From Hormiphora californensis (lineage: Eukaryota; Animalia; Ctenophora), in contig CM035353.1 of NCBI GenBank assembly GCA_020137815.1, positions 5,952,001 to 6,016,000 on the forward strand: a stretch of 64,000 bases of DNA, read 5' to 3'. The position numbers and the translations under genes are program-made. The stretch's first letter is position 1. Every line of letters begins with the position of its first letter. The notes beneath the pieces are model-generated. The model was not told where the DNA came from and ran no database searches. It saw only the letters and a list, made by a program, of their open reading frames with translations. Positions 54,237 to 64,000 of the stretch are shown here, piece by piece.

Positions 54237-57200
54237 AAGGGAAAGCAGCATTTTGGAAATTTTTAAAGCAATTCCAAACCGTTGTTACTACACCACTGTA
54301 CAAAACTGGATTCAGTACTGAGTTGAGGGGGAGGATGTTGAGGGAAAAGATCTGGTACCACGATGACATATCCACAACCTCGGCCTGTGTGGAGGATGCA
54401 CAACAGATAAGGAAGGGCATCCAGCAGCAGAAATCAGTTAGGCAGATCAAAGAGACCTTGCGATTGAGCGAGGTGGACCTCCTGGTACTTCGGACATGTG
54501 ATCTTTTAACGAGAACTGCAATCATCGCATGGCACACTGCTACACATACAAAGCAGAGAAAATGGAAGCTGAAGGTAAGCCCAGACGAAAATAACTTGTG
54601 GGTCATCCTGAAGGACAAATGCCTTGAACATACAGACTGGGTCGTTGCCATAGAAAGAGAGCCTTTCGCCCCTTACCGGATCATAATCCTGGGAAAACAT
54701 CTCAGAGATCATTTCCTTGATACGTGTTCCAAGACACAGCGTTACCAGACTGACTTTTTGTGGTTTTATGGCGACCAGTGGTAACCCCGAACAATCTTCA
54801 GTAATTGACTTTTATCCATCGCTCCAAAAAATGGTGTTGAAGCCTTTTTCAAAAACTAGTCCATTGACAAACCAATCATTAAAAGTATCGACCAATGGAA
54901 ATAAAGATACTGCCAGAGATATCAATACAACCACTGCGAGTAGTGATCCTATTTTTACAATCACCTCTTGAGTAACCACATCTGAACGGCGGTATCGAAG
55001 GGCCCTCACTGTACCTCGTAGTCGGAAGCAAGCTGACCAATGCCATGCACAAGGGAAGAAATAGGATGATCCAACGCTATTCAAAATCCCAATTACTGGT
55101 ACAAGGGGCTCCACTTATCCATTCAAATTGATATTCACAAAATCCCGAACCGTGGATCCAGTGGACTGACGTGAGGGATTAGGAGATATGCAGATGTCAG
55201 TAGATCTCCTAAAGAAATCATCAAGACCATGGTTTGATTGATGTATTCATTACTCTTATTTGAATTCTGATTTATGTTTTTGATAAGTCCGCCAACTCCA
55301 AAAACGAACCCTGTAATTCCCATTACAAGTGCAACTCCCAAAATCGCATTACTGTTAACGGCTTTTCTCATACAACTCTCATTGCATTCATCAGATAGGT
55401 CATTGCAGTCAATCTTACCATCACACTTCTGACTCAAAGCTAAGAACCCGGACCTGTCAAAACACTGGAAGTTATTCAAACATTCCTCCTCATCGGACCC
55501 GTCTCCACAGTCATCAACAAGATCACACACCTTCTCAAACAGGATGCATTTTGTGTTTTTGCAAACAAAGAAGTTGTTGTGGAACCGTTCACGAGACTTT
55601 TGTACAACGGTAACGGAGCTAAGCTTTATGTTGAGAGAATGAAAGGTGTTCCTGAGGTTGCTGCAAGTGTTATGAAGGACGGGTCTTTTCAAAGGACACG
55701 GCGTGTTGTAGCAAAGTCCTGAACAGCTGTAAAAGACATATGCTTCCCCGTACAAGTACCTACAATCACGTCTTTTAGTTGGAAGAACTAATTTGGTTGT
55801 TAAGTTTTTCCCAAAGAACAGATGAAAGGGATGATGGAAGGTGTTAAACTGACAAACTTGACCTGTTAGAAGAAGGATAGATTGAAGGCCTTTTGTACAA
55901 ACTGAACTCCTGAGTTTTATTCCTACTGATAGGCTGGTGGTGAGCATCTTTCTGGATATCTGTGGCCTACTTTTAGCCATGCGGCACACTTCTTCGTCAC
56001 AGTTTGAGGGAAAGGAACATAGAAGGTTGGCCTCTACAAATTCTTCTTTGTTATGTTTGCAGAGGAAGACATTAGTACATTTCTTATTTGAGTATTTAAT
56101 TATCTTTCTAATTTCTTTACCGCACGTCTGCCAGTCAGCCTTTTCATCCTCCCCGTTAAGACAGTCTACTTCTCCATCTTGGACCCAGTCCACTGGAATC
56201 CTGAGAAGACCCTGATTTTGGCTAAACCTGCGAACACACAATCGTTGTGTGAGTTTTAAACACGTCTCCTTCTGTTCATCCGCCGCCATAGCACAGTCAT
56301 CTTGTCCATTGCATAACTGATGCTTATGAATGGTGCAATACCGGTTTATGGTGGGGCACTTTTTGTGCATTTCATCATCACACAACATTGACTTCTCCTG
56401 ACAGAGAATATGAATGGAAACTGTAGAGAGATATCCTCCGATGAGGCACGAACCGGCGACCTTAGCTGGATCGGAACAGTTTGTCTGGTCTAAACCATCA
56501 GAACAATAAGATACATCATGGTAACGCCCATAATTAGGAAAATGTTCAGGTATAAAGAGCAGATTAGGAATGAAGCAACGTGATGCGTTTTGAAGTGGAA
56601 AATTACCACAAGTGTGTTCCTCTGTGCTTACCAATTCCAATAAATTATTGAAGGGAGTAAAGACATAATTATCTGCTTGCTTAACCACAGCCCCATAATT
56701 ATATCCATTGCAAGCACTCTCATCAACACATTTCAACATAGGCGCCGCTATATTTCCCTCTAGCTCCACTTCATCACAAACACCGTCACACAATCCTCCT
56801 TCTTTAATCAAGATCGTGAAAATCTCGCCATCAACGGTGGAGATGGTTTTTCTAACTCGACTATCATGGCTATGAGCTCCGGGACATGTTTGAGATGACG
56901 TGTGAAACCCGTACAAATCCATCGCACGTTCGTAACACAACTTCCCACACACGGGGGACGTTTGGAAGAGCTTTTTAGCGGCATTGAGAAATGAAATGAA
57001 ACTGCCACCTCCACAAGCCTGATACTGGATATAATAGTATCGTTAGGGCACAAAGTCGTTACGTAGGGTTTTATCAATTTCGTGATAGTATCAAATGTAA
57101 ACTTTTTGTAGTACACGGTGGAAGAGTTAAGACATTTCATAAGAACTCCTTCCCAAGGTAAAACGTCATGGCCTTAGCATGACCTAACCAAAAACCCATT

Positions 57201-57499
57201 ATCGACTGCTATCGGACACCCACCATATTCGTTATCATCAGAAAGTCCTTTAGCGATGAGAACAGCATAGCAAACAAAAGCAAAGAGAGTCATATTAACA
57301 CCTCCCCGGGATTGTAGATCAAAGAGAATGTTGGAGCGATCTATAATATAGAGGTTTTTTTAAAGTTGATGATGGGAACAAAAGATCATGGAATGCTTCT
57401 GTAGAACATAAAGATAGTAGTATCTACTATTAGTACAGCTGAAAAATGTATAAAGTAAATATTTTCAGTAATATAACTCAGCAGATGCATTGGATTATT

Positions 57500-57725
57500 T
57501 ATAGACGTAAAAAGCAGAAAAACTGATGAGACGTATAGTCTTTAAACTTCCTGAAAACGTCCCAAAATTGTAATTCGTCGATATAGCGTCTTGGTCAATT
57601 GAGACGTAACGTCTATAAATGCGTCTGTAACACGTCTGGCGCGTCTGATACGTCTTTACTACGTCTATAGTACGTCTAGGTACGTCTTTAGCACGTCCAT
57701 AGTACGTCTGTCGCTAATACGTTTG
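57500..57725. repeat. CpG-rich (agacgt/acgtct) array, probably a MITE subterminal region
   Basis: Repeated gacgta/tacgtct motifs in opposing orientation. Confidence 0.55.
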
Positions 57726-58111
57726 ATTTGCCAAGCAGTGGAACAGTTAATATATGGCAACTTTGCATTTGTTGAGTAAGGAACAAAGGAAACTGGTAAA
57801 AGAAAATTGGACAAAGGATACTGGGGCGATCATACCGATCGCAAATTTAGAGAAAATGGGGACAGGGAATAAAGTTTTCTCTAATTTTGCGATCGGTACG
57901 ATCGCCACAGTCTCCCTCTCTGTCAGTTGGTTACTATAGCCGGGCATTGGGTTCTCTCTCCCTCCTCTCTCTCTCTCGCTCTCTTTGCCATGTTTCTTGA
58001 ATTGTTCATATTATGTACTTTCTTTTTATTCTAAAAACGAACACAGTGTCAGGCGACTCAACATGCTACATACTCTTCACCGAAGTCTCGTCAGTGTGTC
58101 TCCTCCCATGC

Positions 58112-59004
58112 CGTTTGATGGAAATGTGTTCCGTGTTCATTTCTTATTATTTTAGTTTTTGGTAAGTGGACTTACCAAAAACTAAAATACTTGGGCGTTT
58201 GATGGAAAATGTGTTCCGTGTTCATTTCTTATTATTTTAGTTTTTGGTAAGTGCACTTACCAAAAACTGGTGCGTATTCTAAGGGAGGTCGCGCGGCGCT
58301 AGTGCTGGGCGAGGAAATTATGTGGTTTTTTTAGGGTAGTGAATATCACCACCGTTAAGTATAAACGGTTCGAGTACTAGAGGAAGTATCACTCTGAAAC
58401 TTTGTAGGGATGCTAGATAGACTATATACTTGGCCGGGGTATGAAATCTTTAAATTTGGACAAAATATGGTGATCTAGCTACCTGAAGGAATTGATGAAA
58501 TTCAAAGATCTCATATCCCGGGACGTAAAATACTATTTTAGGCATGCTTGCAAAATATGAACTTGAAATCTTGAGAAATGAAAAAACTAGACACTAATTA
58601 CAGTAGGTGACCAGGGAGGTCATCCGAAGCGAACTCCATGTGTGAAACCTTCGCGCGCTACTTTTAGTCTGCCCAATTAGCAATTGGGGCCATGGGGCCT
58701 AATTGATTATCTGGTGTACATTCTGGGTTGTAATTTGGTTGCCAAGGCTCTCTAGACAGTTTTAGCAGACAATCAGACAAGCTTTTCTGTTCTGGTTGAT
58801 GCTGACAATTGACATCTCACTAGGTTGAAGAGAGAATTTTGCTAGTAAATTGTGTTACTTGCAAAACGGTCCCACTTTGCGCGGGCTGACGCAGTGTACA
58901 CTGTACAGCTGCAGTACACTGCGTGGGGTGTGTCGATCGAGGTAGATTTCAAAATCTCTATTCTCTCCACTCCATTTTAGTTTTTGAAAAACTAAAATAC
59001 TTGG
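58112..59004 (+). mobile_element. HINE-like element with a duplicated, internally deleted copy at its left end
   Basis: ttattattttagtttttggtaagtg.acttaccaaaaact hairpin occurs twice (58144, 58229); aaaaactaaaatacttgg end at ~58193 and ~59004. Confidence 0.5.
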
Positions 59005-59547
59005 TACCACGTACGAGATCCAACCAAACTCAAGAATCTCTCAGAGGAAAAATGTTACCTAGTTCCAGATTCATATAAGGAACTCCGAAGTTTTACTTGG
59101 TTAGGCCGGGAGTTTGACTCCTTGGAGCATTTGAGGCGATATCAATGCTTTGCATATTCCGAATCGCAGCACTACAACAACAACAACAACATTAACAACC
59201 CGCTCGCATGAGGAGGCCTTGACGTGGCGCAGCGGCTTACGGCTCCCAGTCTTGACTGGGAGTCGTCCGCTTCTCCTGGTCTGGACTGGTAGCTCAACGA
59301 ATCCTCTTCAACTAAAGGGACTGCTTCTGATCTGGGATTTTCCTATCTCCAAATCTCTGGCCGGACAACTTCAGTGGAGGATGCAAGGAGTGTCAACCGA
59401 CACCCCCAGACCAGGAGTGGTGGAGCTGGCGAGAGGTTCTCTCCTGCGGAGTAAACTATACGCTTCAAAAAGTTTTGGTATTGGGTCGTCTCGGTATGCG
59501 CACTGTTATCATGTGCAACTCGGCCTTCGACCGAAAAGGGCCCGTCT

Positions 59548-59618
<71 letters not shown>

Positions 59619-60869
59619 CCTCTCATAATTCACAGTATGTGATAAGAGCCACATCGAAAAAGATTAGCCGAAGAAACCTAACGTGAGCTACATAGTGATA
59701 TGTGAGTCGAGATCAACTATGGTGGGCTCACTCTCAGTGATCAAAACACTGAAGCGTACTGAGATGGAGAGTAGGTGGATATCTATATAGCGCATAAAGC
59801 GTATAAATACCATAACGAGTGAGATTAGGAAGAAACTACTTAACATAAAGACAATGATTTACGTAACCATATCAAAGAAAAGGGACAGCCTCCCTGGGGG
59901 CTCATCAAAGAGAAATCAACCCAATCTAATTATAATAATTATGATAATATTAGAAACAGAGTACGGAAAAAAGGTTTATGTACAAGGTTTATGTATTAAA
60001 AATCAAGCCTATACTTTCCATAACTCCATGTCTGATACAATTTTAACCATTATATAGAAAGACTCTTTCGACTTTCAAATAGAAAGAGAAAGAAAAAAGA
60101 CTCTTTCAAAGAGAAAGAGAAAGAGAAAGAGAAAGAGAAAGAGAAAGAGAATAAGAGAAAAGAAGCAAAGAGTAAAGAGAAAGAGAAAGATAAATAGAAA
60201 GAGAACTGCTAAAAGAGAAAGAGTAAAGAGAAATAGAAAGAGACTACATAGAAAGATCAATAGCCTCAGAGTCAAGTTGCAGAACATGAAGCATGCTGCC
60301 AGACCAAACCCAAAGACCCGAGACAAAACCCCGCAAAACCAACCCCTCCAAACCAAACCAAACCACAAACCTCCAACCAAAACTCCAAAACCTCCACCAA
60401 CCTCCAAAGCTCCAACAACCTCCAACCCTCCACCAAACCTCCACCAACCTCCAAACCTCCACACCTAAACGCAACCTAACCACACCTAACTCCGCCAAAC
60501 ACCAAGAGATCCGGAACAGCGGAAAGACCGAGACCCTCCGTCCACTAAGATGGTAAATGTGGACACTCGCCAGAAACCGAGACTCAGATCGAACTCATCA
60601 GCCGTAAACCTGACAACCGTTTCGGGGCTTTAATTCGGTACGGGTACACAAGGTACTAAGTCAGGCGCCCCGGCAATCTCGATAATCTGAGACCACCGTT
60701 CGATCTATACCCAGTTGCCCGGAATGAATGTGTCGACTGGGGTCCCTCACTGCCTCCCCCTTTGACAGGTTTATGACAGTAAGGGTACACCCGTCCAAAC
60801 ACACACTCCACTGCGAGGGCGAGTCTCAACCACTTCACTGCCTCCACTACTCCACACTCCTGTACTCCC

Positions 60870-61970
60870 ACTCCTTCTTCGCCGAATGGAGTAGATCCAC
60901 ATGGAACAGTGAGCAGCCTCTTTCCCCGTATCCTTAACCAGCTTCCTAAGACCCCTCCCTCTAAACCCAAGACGAGAAGCTGCTCTAACCAGACTATCCG
61001 CCACCTGCCCTCGAGCCCCAACCTCTACCTACCGCCATATTAAAACACCTCCACCCATTAGACTCACACTCCCTCTCAAGGTCCGTGTAACCGTTCAATC
61101 TTGAGAGTATGGGCATCCCCTATTCTCTCTTCTGCAGGGCAAGTGAGCTCCCACCAGATCACCGTCTTTACCTCTCGCGAGAAGACAACAAGATCAGGCC
61201 TTAACCTGGTCTGGGCGATCTCCGCCGGGAACTTGAGCTGACTTCCGATGTCAGAGAGGACAACCCAGTCCTTAGCGCCTGACAGGATCCCACACCCACT
61301 AACCCTCTTCTTCCCCTTCTTCTTCCCCTTCTTACCCTCTGCAAACGAACTCGATACTCCGGGACCCTCTCGTGGACCTCGATGCAGCGTTAGCAACGGA
61401 CCTCGCAGTGAAACTGTACCTGCTCGCCTATCTGCCGCAGGACCTTGTCATGCCGCCACCGGTATCTCCCCTGACCCAGAGCCACCTTACAGCCGGTTAG
61501 AATATGGCGAATACTCCCTGGAGCATCACCACACAGCTTGCAAAGACCGTCTTCCCCTTCCTTCCACTTCTTTGCAAGCGACGGCACGACAAGGGTTCCA
61601 TAAACTGCTCTTAGGATGAAGCCAACCATTCCCTCCTTCATGTCGAATAGGCTTCTCCAGCTTAACTCCATCGAGACCACATCCTCTCCCTCCAAGCTAA
61701 CCACATCCCCTGAACCTCTAACTGCATGGTCTCTACAGTCCTCACCTGGTCTAAACCTCTCTCGAACTCGCTCAATCACAACACCTCTCCTCTCGCTGTC
61801 CGACAGCTTCTCCCAAGGCTTTCGCCACTCACCGAAGCCAATCCCTGCCCTAGGGTATGGAGGAATCATACCGCGGACTGCATCACACCGAACATCACTA
61901 ACTGCCTCCTCTAACTCTTCCCCTGCTTTCCACTTCCTACCAGACCTGACAAGAGGCTGAAGCGCTAGGA
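60870..61970 (-). mobile_element. HERO-like non-LTR retrotransposon 3' coding fragment (zinc finger plus restriction-like endonuclease), frameshifted
   Basis: RSGRKWKA, CKLCG..HILTGC..GRYRWRHDKVL, RPDLVVFS..ELTCPAEE, VEVGARG..SMWI. Confidence 0.85.
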
Positions 61971-63720
61971 TAAAGAGAAAGAGAAAGAGAAAGAAAAAAG
62001 AGAAAGAAAGAAAGAAAAGAAAGAGAAGAGAAAAGAAAAAAGAAAAAAGAGAAAGAAAGAAAACCCAGCCCAAAAAGTAAATCCCTAACCCCTCAGACAA
62101 TCAATGATCCTCTACCTCCCACTCCACCTTTAATCCCTCCCTACCCCCTCTCCCTCTCCCTCTCCCCCTCTCCCTCTCCCCCTCTCCCTCTCCTCTCCCT
62201 CTCCTACCCTCTCCCTCTCCCTCCCTTTTCCTCTCCTCTCCCTCCCTTTCCCTCCCCTCTCCCCCCCTCCCTCTCCCTCTCCCCCCCTCTCCCCTCCCCC
62301 TCCTCTCCCTCTCCCCCCCTCCCCCCTCCCCCCCTCCCCTACCCCTCTCCCCCCTCTCCCTCCCTCTCCCTCTCCCCTCCCCCCTCTCCCCTCGCCCCTC
62401 CTCCCTCCCCCCCCCCCCTCCGCCTCCCAAAGAAACCCACAAGATCCCACTCAGTCTCCTCCCTCCTGCTCCCCCCCCCCAATCCCTCTCCCTCCATCGC
62501 CCCCTACTGCCCCTCCCCTCCCTCCCTCCCTCCTTCCTCAGCCCCCTCCCGCCCCCTCCCTCTCCCTCCTTCCTCTCCGCCCCCCCCCCTCCCTCCCCCC
62601 CGCGCCCCCTGACGCCCTCATCCTAAAACCCACTCACCCAAACGAGACCTCCCCCCCCGCCCCTCGCCTCCCCCACCTTTCCCGAAAAAAATTAGGTTCC
62701 CTGCTGAAGGAGTCTGTACATTGTACTTCCCCGCTCCCGCTCTCCCGGACTTCCCCCCTCCCGTCCCCCTTTCTGTTCCTCCATGAAAATCTTGGGTTAC
62801 GGAAATATACGCCTGCCCCATCTTCGAACTTCGCGTGCATATACCCCCTTTAAATTTTCGTTTGCCTTGGATCGCGCGCGTTTCAAAATAAATCGAAAAT
62901 TGAATCACGAAAAATTTATATTTTTTCTTCCACTTTTCAAAATTTTGGCCCCGCCTTTCAAATCACCGCGTTTGCCTTTTCCCGGAAAATTGGAATGCGC
63001 TGCAGCCCCCTCATGCGCGCACCCCCGCAACGAGGGGACTGGAGGGAATGCCGCGCGCGCGTTTGGCCTGAGCCCGGCTGGGTCGAAAATAACTTTGCGA
63101 GCGAAAAAACGGCGGTGCTTATAACTTTGGCCCCTGAAGTCCGTTTTGCTTGATTCTTTCACTAGCTGTTAGATCTGACAATTATCTATCTTGCTGTTTT
63201 TGAGAGAAGTTAATTGGACTTGAGGAGGCTGAGCAATAGCCGTTCAAAGATTGGTTGTTTTCAAAAAGTGACGTCACAGATCCCTGCAGGGACACTTTGT
63301 TTCAAATTTGAATTAAAATCTCGAATTTTTTTATTTTACCGCACTCGATTTTGCGGAGTTTGGTTCATATCTCCTGTTCCTGATAAGATAGAGACCTGAA
63401 ACCGGTTGCATTTGAAAGGTGTTATCTTCCTCTTTCCAACGCTACCAAAACGATTTCTGTACCTTATCTGGAACCGGAGATATGATTGATTATGTATTCC
63501 CCCCTAGCGCGGTATTCCCTCCAGGCCCCTTATATTATATTATAAGGGGCCTGCAACGTATGCCAACCCGGAAAAGGCTTTTCCGGATCCTTGGCTGTCG
63601 ATTATATCCTGATCTAAACCTATCATCTTGTACTCTGAAATTTATCATTGTAATGAGTGTGCGGTTGCGACAGAGACCCTGTAAAACTCGGGCGCCCCGA
63701 TAGTAGTTTACTCCTTGTCA

Positions 63721-64000
63721 GATTTAACAGACGCTACACCTGTCTAACAAGCTGTTTTTGAGGAATTAAATGAGAAACCGAAAGTGACTACGATGAAACG
63801 CATCGGCGAAAGAAATGAGAAGCGCCCTAGACCGCTCTTAGTATCCCTGGAGAAGAGAGCGACTCTCCTCGCACTCCTCAGAAAGGCACGAAACCTCAAA
63901 GACTCCAAACAGTTTTCGGCTGTTTATCTCTCTCCGGATCTTACGCCCTCTGAACTGAAAGAGCAAAAAGCTCTAAGGTCCACTTTGAAGCGGATACGAT
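63721..64000 (+). mobile_element. LINE ORF1-like fragment, running off the right edge
   Basis: Manual translation ...RIGERNEKRPRPLLVSL..LLRKARNLKDSKQFSAVYLSPDLTPSE...; in-frame stop at 63745. Confidence 0.75.

Larger units (their letters stand above)
52231..57293 (-). pseudogene. LDLa-repeat rhodopsin-class GPCR (GRL101/RXFP-like 7TM, no LRRs evident), intronless and disrupted
   Basis: Signal peptide from ATG 57293; LDLa modules (CDGVCDE, CNGQDDC, CDLVDDCGDGSDEEEC, CDGKIDCNDLSDEC); TM2 ISLGDLL; TM6 TDFCCWMP; TM7 PLNSVLNPVLY. In-frame TAA at 57174-57176, several frameshifts (~56950, 55170, 54800, 54650) and an insertion at 52267-53542. Native end ...DVAPEKSPTRT* at 52231. Some frameshifts could be sequence errors. 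Confidence 0.85.

Noticed and set aside
53378-54321. Antisense ORFs (SGAS/RSIF repeats)
   Set aside because: Alternative frames of the 12-bp array that belongs to the GPCR tail.
59170-59550. Possible 3' UTR and (GTT)n tail of the HERO element
   Set aside because: Separated from the coding fragment by noisy low-complexity sequence, so linkage cannot be shown.

Overview
This is eukaryotic (animal) genomic DNA: GT-AG introns, long (GA)n microsatellites and dense MITEs. The gene content (intronless DEG/ENaC, LRR-less LDLa-GPCR, genes nested in introns) suggests a ctenophore such as Pleurobrachia or Hormiphora, which is inference only. Genes: (1) a spliced MOB2-like kinase activator on the minus strand that the ORF track misses and that runs off the left edge; its probable ~16.8-kb first coding intron holds (2, 3) two near-identical intronless carbohydrate sulfotransferase genes on the opposite strand; (4) an intronless DEG/ENaC channel with an atypical pore; (5) a 17-exon SLC6/NSS transporter with microbial-type TM1 and two extra hydrophobic helices; (6) a disrupted LDLa-repeat rhodopsin-type GPCR with a 12-bp acidic repeat tail. 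Mobile DNA includes CR1/L2-like, CRE and HERO non-LTR fragments and many non-autonomous DNA elements, several with readable TSDs. The strongest leads are a 1.28-kb foldback element inside the GPCR coding tail whose ends carry splice sites that would leave a 36-nt, stop-free, frame-preserving footprint (introner-like), a Transib-type element with RSS heptamers and a 10-bp spacer asymmetry, a TIR element carrying two tRNA-like genes, and a cluster of IRF/ISRE motifs. About 29.9-36.2 kb and 60-62.7 kb look like noisy, unpolished sequence.
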